A program made the position numbers and the translations under genes. The notes under the pieces are model-generated. The model had not been told where the DNA came from and did not search any database. It saw only the letters and a program-made list of their open reading frames with translations. From NCBI GenBank assembly GCA_965202585.1, contig OZ241828.1:71424001-71488000 (forward strand): a stretch of DNA of 64,000 bases, written 5' to 3'. Below, piece by piece: positions 1 to 15,100 of the stretch (positions within the stretch are counted from its first letter, which is position 1; each line of letters begins with the position of its first letter). The stretch is from Thalia democratica. Lineage: Eukaryota.

Positions 1-118
1 TTGTTACATAACAAAATCAAGTAGCTCTTTCAAACTATTAATAAATAGTTAGTTATTAAAATCTTTAGTTGAGTCTTTAGTTGTACACAACAAATCAAAG
101 TAACTCTTTCAAACTGAC

Positions 119-3100
119 TATATTCCCAACCGAACGGCCCGCGTATCGTCGGCGTTGATGAGATGGAGCCTGAGGTCGCGCGGCGGGTACCCCGTGAAGT
201 AGAGATCGTAGTGAGTGTCGGTCGCTATCAGCGCGAAGAAGGTCGACAGCCGCTTCTGGCACGTGTACCCCGCGCACCAACCGTGGTCTTGCGGTCCTGG
301 GAAAAAGTGTTCAAACTCATATTTGTTAAATTTTTTGAAAACTTCAAATTATTTTAACAATGAAAATCTTGAAATTTTTAAATTGGAATACACAAATATG
401 TCATCTAATTACTTTTACGTCAATAAACGAACCAAGTTATATGGAAAAAAAATATTTAAGTACTTTAACTTTTGTACTTGAGCATTACAAAAAATCAATT
501 AGTTTTAACCTGTTTAAAAATAAAAAAAGTTGTATACAAAAAGAAAAAAACAATACTAACATTCATTGGGATTGATGTAAACTTAGTAACAACACAAATA
601 TTTATTATAATCACACAAAAATGCTGCCTAAACAATTCAAACCAACCATTATTATATTCAAACAAAGTTACATTACAAACTTTATCAAATATTTACAAAA
701 AACTAAACCAAATCAATTCAAACCAACCGTTATTGAGATCGATGTAGCGGTCACCTAACAAAGCCACAGGGGAAAGCCTCCTGAGCTCGGTATCGTCATC
801 CATACTCTCAATCACCAGCATCGTGTAATCCTTCTGAACGCCACCGCTGCAGTCGAACGCCTGCCATTTGTCCTTGTACGTGCAGTTACCCGTGTTCACT
901 ATTCCTGTTTGGTGTAGAAAAATGTTGAATTATTTTAAACAAAAAGTTCAATTAAAGTCCAAAAATTTTCAAAATTGTAACATTTTTGTTTTTTTCTGCA
1001 AAATGTTTGATTATGACGATTGAATAAACACTTTAAATCTACGCAGTATAAACAGTTTCGCTTTTGAAGTTGAAACACATAAAAGGTAATGTAATAAACA
1101 ACAGTGTATAAAGTTGTACTTATTTTCAAATTACATAACAACTCAATTAAGGTGTCATTATAAAACAAATAACTTATCTAACGAAAATTATCGTAAAACG
1201 AGTTAAATCAAATAAATTTAAAAAATAAGTTTTACACATCAGTTTGTTATTTTAAACGTGTTAGATCAAATACAACAAATGCATTATTTTTTATACTAAT
1301 AATTGTCAACTATAACCTCTGTGATCGATTATGTCTCCCACGGGTATCCTGCTTCCGTCCGTTCTTGTCAGCATCGTCTTTGGAATCCTGTAATCACCCA
1401 AGCCCCTCTGCTTCATTGAATCGTCGTCCCAACCGTATGCCGCCTAATTAAATTACTAAATAATATATATATATATATATATATAACACCAAAACATATT
1501 GACAGATGGAAACTATGAAAAAAATAAAAAGATAACTTAATTCACAGTTTTACTTAAGTTTCTTTTAGTAAAATAAAAATTAAGTAATGAATAGTCTGTT
1601 TAGTAATAAAAACTAACATCAGGAATAATGGCCCCGGGCGATCCTAGTAGGGACCCATCCATGTCTTTGATCAAAACGTTTTTGTGTGCATCACATTCCA
1701 TATCAACACAGTCAGATGGATTTATCTTGCTGAAATAACGCAACAGTATTATAAATGTTTGCATAAAGCTCATTTCATCTACATAATTGGATACATTTTA
1801 AACATTTAAAAAACTTTATGTAAGTCTTCTAAATAATTATATTGTCACAAAGAACGTTTTAAACAAAAAAAAAAAAAAGAAACCAAACTTTGCTTTGGTA
1901 GTGTGAAAAAAAACGTTACTTACAAAGCGTTTTTTTTACAGTAATTTACAACTTTGTTAAAATTCTTTTCAACTTTATCAAACATATGGCTTGGCAAAAA
2001 CATACAAATTTTACCAAGCTAATAATACATTTCTTTACTCACCCGAGACCAGGTCTTAAGTACAACACAATAGAATCTTCATCCACGTTGTCCAGCGTAA
2101 TTCCCGACAAGTAGGTGGGAGCGTATGCGTCTTCATTGGACTTGCTTGATTGAAACACCAGATCCCTTGAACCACCAGACGTCGCCTTGAATCCGTAGAA
2201 TGTTGAGTCTGAAGAAACATACGGGGTAAAAAGTTGATAAAAAAGATTAAAAAAAATTGTCAACTACACAAGGAATCACTTAAAAAGTTTGTACAAATAA
2301 ATGGTAGAAACGTTGTTGAAAATATTAATTATCAATGATTTTATGTGTGAAAGTAAATACTTACAAAATTTTGGTCATAAAATTAGTTATTTATTTCTTA
2401 CCAATGTTTACTAAAAACACAGAAGAACGCATTTGCATTAAAGAACTTTATTTTGCGATCAATGCAAGCCATTTATCAAGTTTCATAATTTAAAATTTAC
2501 TTATAATTTCCAGTTTTCCCCTTATAGCCGGGTAGTTCATGTTCTTCAGCCACCCCTTATCAGGCGCGCCTGTTAGCCCACTCTGGAACAACGGCAACAG
2601 TATTCCTATCTTGCCACCCGTCTGCGACCTCGGTGGTTTCTTGCTCGCTGTCCTAAAAACAGTAAGCTTTTGATAATTTAAATTAACTTTATTCTAAATT
2701 TAAAGTAAGAAAATTTACTATAAATACAGAAAATAGTTCAACCTTATATTTTTACCACTACAACAAACTAAATACACATAAATTCAAACATTCTAATTTA
2801 AAATTGATATTTTATATTTATTTAACCAGTCTAAAACTTTACAACTCAACAACGCCAACTAACGGTGAAACGTGGCGGATTATCAAACTCTTGTCGGTGT
2901 TCTCGTCCATGGTGTCAACGTTCTCGTCGAAATGGTCACTTCGCCCAATCAGCAGTAAATTCTCCACTCTGGCGTACTTGTCCTCGTAAGCGTGTGAAAG
3001 TGAGGGTGGTCCGTACACTAGTGGGGTGTAGTCCATATGCTGTTGGAAATACCTTTTTTGAACTTTCTAAATTAGTGGTATTGTGTCAAAATTTAAATAT

Positions 3101-6100
3101 CTTATAACTGCTTTTATTCGCTTGCTTTTAAAAATAGTTTAAATTTTGAATACTGGGATATTAAGATTAAAAATTTTATTTTACGTATTACCCTGGGTGT
3201 TATAAATAAATTCACAACAATTCAGACAAAAAATATTTTGATATGATTCTATAGATTTACTTGTGAGAAAACTTTCGAATATATGTTATTTAAAACAGAT
3301 TTATTTTAGTTTTAATTTTACATGTGTAACTTTTCATAGTACACTAGTAGTCTTTAACTAAGACATGTCAGTATAAATGTTGTCAAGATCCACGCTTATC
3401 TTCGACATTGCTAAGTCAATACAGTTACAACACCTCACCCATGAATCAGCGATGATGGCGTCTTTCAGCACGACACTGGAGGGCGTCTGGTGGTAAACAC
3501 CAAAGTCCCAGTTCTTGTACGCGGTGAAGTCGTTCAGTACAACGCACTTCATCGACCCGTCTCCCTTGAATATGTGGATACCGTGCAAACATCCGTGCGC
3601 TACATTTCCTGTGGATTAGAAAAGTTTAAGATTTGTTGAGGCTTTTTTACAGCTTTTAGATCTTAAATTGGTATTTTAACGAGCTGTATGAACATTCTTA
3701 ACTACAATGATTTATCGATATCTTTCTGAACAAAAATAGTACTTAACTGTTTTAACTTAAAAAACAGTTATTTCATGTAAAAAATAAAAAGTCTTAAAAA
3801 GAAAAGTAAACAGTTCATAATTTTAAAGAATAGTCATCTAACCGCTCCATTTGGTTTCAACGTTGCAGTCTTGCCCGTTCGTCCTGAATCCGAGTCTTTC
3901 TGAACCGGCTGCCACGTTGTTTATGAGGCTCGTGTTCTTACCTTCGACCAATTTGAAGCTTGCGTGCCAATCCTGAATTATAAAAAGAAGCTTGTTTATT
4001 TTTATAAAAAATCCTGTTAAGAATGTGCTGGTGTCAGAATTAGTAAATCCTGAAGGAGAAAAGTTGTTGAATGATTTAAAATTTCTCAAAAATGATTTAA
4101 ATATTTTTGTTTAATTCATAAAACAGAACTATACTGTGTTATTAAACAATGTTTATTTTACCAGGTTGTTTCTTTTTTCGAATCGATCCATCCATGCGCC
4201 TCTGAGCACGGCTTGAGCCACTAAGTTGTGCTCCACTACGATGTTGTTTCCCCCTATTCTTATACCTGCATGAATGTAGCAATAAATAGGATGTTTAGGT
4301 TACTAAACTGACTATTCGTTTTAGATTTTTTTTCAATTTAAATCCATATTACAGCTTGAAGCTTCAAAATACTTTTGGAGATTACTTGTTACTATTGAAG
4401 TAAAAATTTAAAAACACTGTGTAATTAACATTAGTCCTAAGACAAAACCTATGGCAAAAACCACAAACAAATGATACTGAACTAGATAAAGCAAGTTTTT
4501 AAAATGTAATGTTTTTTATAAGTTTATAAGTGCTTCAAAACATTAGTTTTGTCTCAAAAAACAGTTCAATCACACAAACCATCGTGAATGGGCCTGTGGA
4601 CGACGTTGTCCTTCACCGAGATCCCGTCCGCCCCGAATATGCCGATGCCCGTGGAGTAGGTGTCATGGAAACTGCACGCGTGCACGTAAGAGGGCCTGCT
4701 GGCCACCACGGGACCCGTGTTCACCCATGACAACGCGAACCTGGGGTCGTAGGCCTCGGTGAAACCCTCCTGTCCGCACTGGTGGAACTCCACGTTGGTG
4801 AACCGGCCCCAACCTGAGTAATGAAATTTTTCTATAAGTTTTTTTTTAATTTTTAACATACAGTTAAGACATTTCTGAAGACAATAAGATTTAATAAACC
4901 GTTTGGATAGCAATAACTTGAAGAAATAGAATTTTTTAAATAATATCGTAAGTTTTTATATATGCCAAAGTAAAATTTTCACAACTTTAATCCTTTATTT
5001 TAGACTTTTTTTTTTACATAAACTTGATGGTATACTACTGATGAATAAGAGAGTAAATATTAAATAAAAAAATAGAAGTTTAATGCGTTATTGTAAGTAT
5101 GGATACCTAAAATACAGTCTTTACTTACAACGTAGCGTTTTTCAAAGTAGTTGATTATAAAAAGGTATTCAAACAAGTGTTCTTAAAGTTACTTATGATA
5201 ACTTGAACTAAATTTTGATAATATCAACAAACCATAGATATCAGTAGCAGCGGGAATAAATCCTACCAATACACGAGCTCCAAAAGCGTCTCTATCTACA
5301 AAATCGTATCTATCTCCTGCAAAATAGTAATTGTGACGTAATTATAAGAAAGCTGTGTTTATGTACAATTTTTGGCTAGTTTTATCATGAACTTTTTCAT
5401 ATCATGCTGATATAGTTTTTGTAAAATTTGTTTATTTAAAGCAAATTAGATATATCGTTTAAGTTTAAAGAATCACATCGTAGTTCAAGCCAAAGCTTTT
5501 GAAATTATAAGAACCTTCTTTTAACGCAACAAACTAATTAAAATAAATGACAGTGTATTCAAAAAAAAAACATATTAACAACAACTAACCGACAATCTTG
5601 ATGTTTCTAGTGAGCAGGCCGACCTCTGCTCTCATGTTAAACGTCCTGCCGTTTATAGTGTAACTTTCTCCCATGTGCCTGTGATCCAATGCCTTGTTAA
5701 GTTCCAACACTTTGCCCGATTTCGACTTGATAAACCGCTTCTCAGTTTGGCTTGATCTGAATTAAAGTTTACAAAAGATAAAACAGAAATGCTGCGTTTA
5801 TTTTTGTTCTGTAATATTCTATGTTTAGTTTTAAAAGGTTAGCCTTTAAAATTATATCAAAACTGTATTCATATGGCATACAGTTTCATACTACAAAAAC
5901 AAAAGTTTATTTATTATCCAAACTTTAGTATTTATTAAAAGTTCAAATGCAGAATGTCCATTGTTTTTAGTTCTACTGTATATAGTTTATCCTATATTTT
6001 TTTTGGTTCTTGAATCATAGTTATTGAAGTTAAAATGCTTAAAGCTTGATTAAAGTAGTTTAAATAAAACTACAACTTTCATTACTCAAAAATTACCATT

Positions 6101-9100
6101 GCGCAGCTTTTCACAGATGTTTACCGTGTAGTTTGAAATAGTTTGCTTCAGTAAGAAGCTTTTAAAATGTTTATAGTATGCTTTTATATTTTCAACTTAA
6201 AAAAAAAGCTCAAAACAACCACTAACGCGTAACTTGTAGTGGTGATGATAATTTCGTCACCAACGCTCCAATCTACTTCTTCTGTCAGCTTGATACTGGT
6301 GCCTCCAACCTGTACAGTTTCCTCCAAGTTCGTCCAATACACGTTGTGGTTGATTCCATGGAAGTCGCAACCTCCGAAGCAGCCTATGGCTTTTCTGCCC
6401 AGTGTTATTCCTGTTGTAAATGTTATTAGACTGTTTATTATTCTTTATTTTTCAACTATAAGATTTATTCTAATATTTATTTAAAAAAACTTTTGTGCAC
6501 AATGTACTTACTCGTTAATAATCTACAAACTTAATGTATTTTATTATTAATGGAAACATACTAGATTATAATAAAACTCTGTGTAAACTTAAACTTTATT
6601 ATTTTAAATAGTTTATCTATTCTACTTAAGATTTTTTAAGTCATGATTTGGCGTTTTAAGAAAAATGACATATCGAGCACAAATACAGCTTTGCTTATCC
6701 AAAACAAAATTGCATTTAGTCCAGTCGTAAGTTAAATTCCAATTTGTTCAGTAGAACTTGTCGCACGACGACTCAAAGACCGTTTTTATTTTAAGTCGGG
6801 GTTTTTCCTTTACTCGACAGTATATATTTTTTTCTTGTCGTGTTTTTAGTAAGTAAACCACAAGTACACAACGTTAAAACTAGAATTTACAGGGATTTGG
6901 TTTGAAAAACTTCCATGAAAAATTAGGAAAGGTATCAAAAACAATCCAAAGAATGAATATACAAAAAATTTTAAGGGTTTCAAACGCACTACTTTGACTC
7001 AATGTTGAGCTACACATAAAACAATAAATGCATATATTGTAATTGAAGTTAATTTTAAGTAAACGTTTTATGTTTAGTTTCAAGTACAATTGTATAGTCA
7101 ACTCACCCTGGAAGTCAACTTCTTTCACCGTATCAGATCTTTCTCCCACCAAATTTATTGTCAGTTTTTTCAGGAAGGGATCTTCAGGCACGTGGCCAGC
7201 TATTATTCGACCTCCCTGAATAAAAGTTGAGGTTTTTTAGCTGTAACACTAGAAAAATAAAATCTATAAAACTATGTTGACTATAAATCGATAGCTGTAG
7301 ATATAAAATAAAGTTATGAGTTTTATTTTACGAGTTGTAAGAGTTTACTATAGAAAAACCTGAAACACGTTTGTACGATCCTATTACCAAATTGTTGCCA
7401 TATGTTTATTGTTTACATACTTGATGCTAGTATTTTAATGATATGCTTTACCTTAACTTATTTAGACAAGCTCATAATTAAACCGAAGGCTAGAAACATA
7501 AGTTTAGTAGCGAAGTACAGCATACTATAATAGCATTTTTCTTATCTCTTATGTTTTGAAAGTTGTGCTAGTTAACTACTTAAATCAAAGTTAGTCACAA
7601 ATACATCGCAACTAAAATAAATTTGACTGAGGAATTAACATCACAAAAATAAGTTATTTATAAAAGTTCTTACAACTAAGGATCATCTCTTTAAAACTCA
7701 ACTGACGATAACTTGTATGGTGTTGGCGCTGAACGCGAACTCATCGAAATCAACATCCGGTTTGAACTGAACCACCCCCTTGACGATCAGGTGGTTGACT
7801 TGCACGGTTTCTATGTCGATTAGACACCAGCACAGGTCGATGCCATCTGCGGACCTGAGAATTTCAACTGTGATCGAGTCTCCGTCCGTCTGTAAACATG
7901 TATGAATAGTGTTCATTACATTATGTTCAAAACAATTTAAAGTATGGAATTACTTATAAATTCCAAAGATGACTTTTATTTTTACTTTTGTGCACAATTA
8001 CAAAACAAAGTATCATTAAAAGTGTTGAAAAATATAAGAATATACACATATGATAAAATTTTAACTTTTAAAAATATATGTAAAAATTCGCAAAATTAAA
8101 GAATAAAAATCTAAAATCAAGCAAGTTTTAACATAAGCTGTCATAACAATTTCACATAAACATTCAACATTCAAACTAACAGTGATTTCAACGCAGGGGT
8201 GTCCCAATTCCCGCTTCTTCCTTTTGCCACTAGAGGGAAACGTTATATTGCTCCAGTTGAACGCGTCAGCGGGGGTTTCCCTTCCCGGGGGCACCGCGTC
8301 ACCGCCCACGTCAGGTACGCATCCCGCGTTCTTGCAACTGTGAATATGTAAAAAATTATTTTGTTATTGAAATAAAAGTAAAATAACTCAACGCGTTCTT
8401 GCAACTGTGTAAGCATATGAAAGCTTTAAAGTTCTAAGACTGTTTAGTTGCAAACTTAATAAAAATCTTGTAACTATTTTTGTTATATTTAAAAAAAAAT
8501 GTTTAAGTGTTCTTGCAGCTGTTGGTAGAAACTAAGCAACGAAGAATTATAAGTAGAACTTTCACTCAACACAATGACTGTACAACAAATAAGAAAAGAT
8601 ATCTTCATTACTCGCTTAATATTTATAGTAGAAAATTCATTTGCATGTGTTCCTATTCTATTTAGCTATCATAAACGTTTGTTTGTACATACAAGTTTAC
8701 TGTTTTATATGAAAAACTATTAAAGTCAAATAACAATTTACTTTTTTACACCTTACATTATTGCGCAATGGAAGTCAACCACCTTTGAAAAAATATTAAC
8801 AGCTCACCGATAAATCTTGGGCACGACGGCTACGTGCTTTATGTTATCTTCAACAACTTCCAAAGCTCTCTTCTCCTTACCGCCATCCGTGTTGCCCACT
8901 TTGTAGTCCAAGTTCTTCGTGGACGGGTTGAAGTAGAAGTCCAAGTTTTTGCTGTCGGTCGTAAGCGGCACCGAGTCGGCAACTTCTATCGGGGCCGGGC
9001 CCAAGTTGACTCTGAAATGTCGTTAGTTTTTTTCATGTAATAAATAATTTTGCGTTTGTTTTTTTTTTACAGTTCTGCAATATTTTTAAAAGGTTTTCAA

Positions 9101-12100
9101 GTCTGAACAGCATCAAGTTATAGCCGTGTCAAATTGTTTTGAATTAAATATCAAAAGTTTTTTTTTTAGATTTTGTTCACTATCCGTGGCTCTATTTCAA
9201 TATTTAATTCTCATGCACCAACAAAAAAACACTTCTAAAACTAAACTTGTAAACTAACACGTCGGGAGCGGATTCCAGTTCGTGCCTCATTATGACATAA
9301 TCGCCCGGCATGAAGTCGTAATACTTTGAAGTGTACGAAATATTGGTGAACCCGTCCGCACCCCTCCAGTTTATTTCGTGCAACTTCTTACTGTACAGCA
9401 GCGCCATCCAGCCTTTGAAATATATTTTTAAATAAATCGTAATTAGATTGTTAGAATTTTAAAAAACCTTAGCTTATAATAGATTTTACAAAATTTGTTT
9501 CTATTAAAAAAAACTTTGATTCTCTATGATTACATTTAAGAAAAGTTAATAAATTCAGTATTAATTTTAACAAGTATCTAGTTTTTAAGTATTTTGTTAT
9601 CAACTGAAAAAGTGTAATCTAAAGCTTAAATTTCTTAGTTCTTTGTTTTACGAATCATTTATTATTCAACCTGGTTTGTGGGTCATCCTCTTGGGGGCGT
9701 ACGTCACAGACGATGTTCCGTACTCGTTGGTGAGGAGAAGGTCTTTGGTCAGTAGGGATTTAGGGACTGTCCCTTTCATGGCCATCCTGTGAAATCTGGT
9801 CGTCTGAGGGCAGCGGAGAGAGGAGAAACTGCCCCCTGAATATTCCGCACCAGTCAGCATCTGTTAGTTTTTGTTTTAATTTAAGCAAGTTTTGCAAAAT
9901 GAGATTTCGTTTTATAAAACCAAAGCATAAAAATAGTTATACCAAATATTTTTTTATTCTTAGTCACTACAAAAATATAAAAAGCTTTCTACGTATAAAC
10001 ATGTAAGGGAATAAAAAGTTTTTATTTGAAAAATTAGTGTTTTAAAAATTCTTTTAATTCAAACAAAATATTTCAGACAAGATAAATGGCTGCATCGCAC
10101 CATCTAAACAGACAACCTCGCAGTCGGGAGAGTTGACGATGCCGCTCAACGGAACCAGTTTCGATCCCGGCGCGGACCCCGTCAAACTTCCGTCTTCGTC
10201 CTGAAGCACTCCCTCGTGTTCGAACTTCCAATGAACTTTCCTGCTCACGTTCGTCCAAGACAGTCCTGTTGTTTGTTTATAATTTTGTTTGGATCTTTTT
10301 TTCAGGTCGTTTACATGATTACAAAGCTGCTGCAAACGCTTTTACTTTTTAAAGCGTTAAAAACAATGTTGTTGCTTAAAAGAAAAGCTTGATAGTAATC
10401 TTGATCCAGTATAAGTTATAACACATTAAGTTTTAGTAAATGTTAAAGGTTTAGAAAAAACATTTGCTTTTATACTTTTTAATTTTTTTTAGTTGTAACA
10501 CGTAGAGGGGGGGGGGAGTTAGTTCTAAAATATATACCTTTCATGATGTAGTAGAAGCCACCGCACAACTCAGTGCAAGTGCCATCGATTGTTGTCATTT
10601 TGAAAGCAACACCTCCTCTGTTGAAATTGTAAAATTCCAGATCTTCTATCGTAAGCCCCGGTGATAACGGTAACCTCTGTTGTTGAGAATAATTTTTTTT
10701 TGTGTTATTTACCAAGATTTTAGAAATTAATTCTTAATATTTAAATGCAACCCATGCAGATAGGCTATCTTAGCTTTAATATCAAAGTACAAAAAGGGAC
10801 CTTGAAACTGTTTTATTCATAAACTGTATAAGCTCTTTGAACTGACTATAACTACTACAGGTTAAATAAAATCGATATTGAAAGATACAAAAATGTTATT
10901 TTTTAAAGTCAACTCACCATGGCAACCTTGGTTTCGAAGTTGGCGGGCGAAATGGACGCGTGGCCCACCATCAAGCCCCCTTTCACCACGGCCCCCTTCT
11001 CGTAGCCGTACCCCGTGCCCTTGATGAACTTCATGTCAATTGACGCCTTGTCGTTGTTCACCATGACGAAATCTATGAACTGCATCGCCGAGCAGTCCAC
11101 CCACTCGGCCCCCTTCTCGCTGTTCCACGTGGTCAGCGTGCGGAACCTGGCCGGCGAGGGGATCTTCCCCGTACAGCTGTGGAAGGGGAAAGAGTAAGAG
11201 AATGTAGCTATTTTAGACTAAATACAACTGCGGAGGAAAATATTATTGTTGGATTATAGACTTTAAAGTTTTAGATTTTGTGTTTATTGAACAACAGCTG
11301 TGAAATGAAAAATTGACTTTTGAAACTTTTGTGGAAAATTGGTAATTCAACTAAACACTGTACTAAACCGCTTGTTTATTTTTTTAATTGTTTTACTTTA
11401 CTTGTTCCACGTGGTTAATAAGTGTGGAACATTTACTGAACGACTGCGAGAGGGGAAAAAGTGAGAGCTTGTAGATGTTTTAGACTAAAAAATATTTTTT
11501 GCTAGAAACCATTTAAACTTTGTAGGTGCATATTTAAGTCTTAGATATACGTTTTTGAAACATGTTTTAAATTACAAGGACATTTTGAAGTTTTAAACGC
11601 TTTAGGTGCATAAAATTTACATGAAATTTGAAGTATAACAGATATTGAGATTTATTAAATTTTATTTATCCCATTGTTTTCCTTTCCCCGAACAGCTGTG
11701 GAAGAAAATATTAATAACTGTGTTTTTGCCTTTGTTGGATTGGTATTAGACTTTAAAGTTGTAAATGTTTACTTGTTGAACAACAGCTGTGAAACGAAAA
11801 ATATGAATTTTGAAGCTTTTTATAAAGGCGTTTAAATTGTTTTAAAAATTTGAAGGCGAAACTTTTGTTAGCACAAACTGCGTTGTTAAAACAATTCCTA
11901 TAATGTGTTTATTTGAATTTAATAAAAAAAGCTTTTCAAGCTGTATAAACATAAAAAACCTGCTTAAGTCTCAAATGGCACAGAGAAACATACATTTAAA
12001 AAAAAAACAACAAACCTGCTACCGACGACGGGAAAGTACGACTGAAATATCCACAACCCGAACCACCCGTGACTGTGCACAGTGTTATTCCTGAATATGC

Positions 12101-15100
12101 CAAGCTCCACCTTCTGCTGGCACACGTCGGGGGTGTACGAGGGGCCGTCGGGGTTCTTGTGCATCCGGTACCAGAACCCGAAGTGGGTGCCTCCCGCGGC
12201 GTGGTTACCAAAGACCGTGTTGTTAGGGTTAGTCACCCAGTAAGCGGCTGTTAATGTTTTTGTTTAAAATAAAGTAGTTTTCTTTACTTTTCTTATTTTT
12301 GTTTTATTGACAATGATTATGTCGCAATTGTCGAGAACCCTCAAATGTGTTTTATAGGCAGTAGTGAGTTTGTTTCATTTGTTAACGTTGTTCGTTTTAA
12401 TATAAGTAATAATTTATAGTAAAACGTTTAACCCAATTCAGTGTAAACTAGAGAGTACGAGTGCTAAAATTTAAACTATTCTAAATCTGCTTTCTCTGTT
12501 CTAAAAAGTTTATACAAGAATGAAGTTGAACAAACCAGGTGTGACGTCATCGTTCAGTAGCGAAGTGCTCTGCCTGACGAATATTGCCAGGTTGAACTGC
12601 ATTGTGATACCAGTTTCAATTCCGTCCTCGATGAAGAACGCCCCACCCATCACGTCATATATCACCGTTCTGTCGATCAACAGGTTGTCCGTACCTATGA
12701 GTTGTAGTTTGATAAAACTAAAGTAACTCATGAAGATTTAGTAAAAGTTAATTGAGGTATCCTTAATTCGTTGTGCTTCTATAATTTGGCAAGTTAAAAA
12801 ATTAAAAAAATTAAAGCCGTTTGTATTCAAAAACTTCTATAAATTTATAGCGTTATTTTTATAAGCTTAAAAGTTTTGGGCTGTTCTACATTTAAACAAA
12901 AGCATGAAAAAGTGTGGTAATGTTCGTAACTAGATGCATTAAAAAACAAACAAAGAACGTTTTAGTCAAAATCTAATTTTATAAACAATAAAAACTAACT
13001 ATCAAACTTTTACAGAAGTTCCAAAATATTTATATAAGATTTAAACTTATTTAAATTTACAAAGGATATTTTACTTAATTATTTCACATTTATTGTGTTG
13101 TTGAATATCCGGAACGAAATGAAACGTTATGTGTATCAATACCCGATTTGTTAAGTAATATTAAAAGAGGTACTACACATTTTATACAACAAACCGTGTA
13201 TGGCAACAGCCCTGTTGAAAGTCTTGTGAATGGCACATCCTCTCACGTACATGCCACTTACATCTCCCATCAAATGCCAATGAATTGGATACCTGCAAGG
13301 TTAATTAATGTAATCGAAAAATATATTTTACAAGGCATAAAACTACTTTAAAGCATATCGAAACTTATCAACTAACCTCTTTAAAAAAAATGAACACAAA
13401 CATAACTTTTTTTTTAAAGCTTATATTATAACTCGTTTTCAATGTTTGTTATATATTTGTACTACTAAAGTATAACATAACTGATCCAAACTCACCTTCC
13501 GAGCCTGAAAGCCTGCCCGACGTAGGTGAGTTCGACGTACTCGATTTTCGCGACAGCTTTGAAGGAGTTCGCTTCTTTCGCGTGGATCATTATCGAGGCT
13601 CCGAACTGATCAGATCCAACCTCCTCTCCGAATCTTCCCTGGATGATAAATACATTTTAAATAAATAAATTTTGAAAAATTAAAAAAAAATTGTCAAAAA
13701 ATAATAAATACGCTTAGAATTTGTAAATTTTTTTTAAATTTTTTGTGAAAACTTAAAAGAAACAACCTATTAAAGCATTAATAAAATACATTTTTTAGTA
13801 GTATACAAAACTTATCCTAAAAATTAAAAACAAATTTGAAATGTATGCAAGTAAGTAGAGTTTGTAAAAATATCAAAATTTCGTAAATTAAACACGGTAT
13901 GTATTAAAACTTAACAAAGTTTCCTTGAGCTATTGAAAATTTCAAAATATTTAATTGAAACTTCGAAATCATTTTTGAAATGATCAATCTTTTATTTATA
14001 GTGCAAATACGTCAACATCATTATCGTACCTGGAAGCAGGTTTGCGTGGCAAACTCCCCTGTATCGAAACCCTCTTCACACGCGGGAATGTCGTCATGCC
14101 AGGCGGGGTCGCTCGATCCCCTCACAACTATGTTCCTTGACAACAGACCCACCTCGGCTGTGAAAATGTGATAAACTTTGTTGCTATGAAAATTATACAC
14201 CTTGTTTTAATAAAATCGATAAAAAACCTCTGAATTCGACTGTGTGAGTTCCAAACGTTTCGTCAATTCCAAGATGCTCGTATTCTAACGGCTCATCTAA
14301 CGTTAATTCCATTTTGTCTAAAATAAATTAAAGTTGTTTATAAAGGATCGTTAAGTTGTACTAGTTTTTTTTTTAATTTACACTAGTTTTATATAAAGAT
14401 TTTTAAAGGTCAAAACTATTGATAAGCGTAAAAGTAAATAATTCACTTAGTGAGATCACAATATTTTCATACTTTCAAAAACAAAAAAAAGTAAAACTGA
14501 TGAGCTGCAACTGCTTATTACGAAAAACCTACCAGACGATATCGCAGTTATTTTTCTCTTTTCGTTTTCTATTTGCGAGTGCCTGTGACCGGTTGACGCA
14601 ATTGCGATTTCGTCGCCCACTCGCCAGTTTTCAGCAGCATGTTGTAATTTTATCTACGCAGAAAAATCGAATATAGTGTTTTATATTAGTTAGAATATTT
14701 CAAACAGTTGTACATCTTTCAAAGTTTTCCATTATTAAGTCTTAAACTTGTGTTCTGCTGTTTGTTCACTTAAAGTTATAAAAAAATAAAGTTGTTTCGT
14801 AGTTTTATACAAAATTTTAAAACTCGAAATTTAACCACTTTACAAAAAATGTACAATTTACAGTTGCGAATTGCAAACGAACCTTGCTGCTGCCTTTGGA
14901 CGCGGTTTGTGCCAGCTTGGTCCAAGTGAAAGGGATGTGCCTCCCGTGCAGCTCTAGCGTCCCGTCCCTCACACCCAGAGTCTTGGCGCCGTATATGGGA
15001 AGCTCAGGCGATCTCAGCTGGCCGTACAACACGATCTCCGTGTTCCTCTCGTAAGGCTCTTCTTCCGTGCCGACCTGTTTGATGAGTTGAGAAACCGTTG

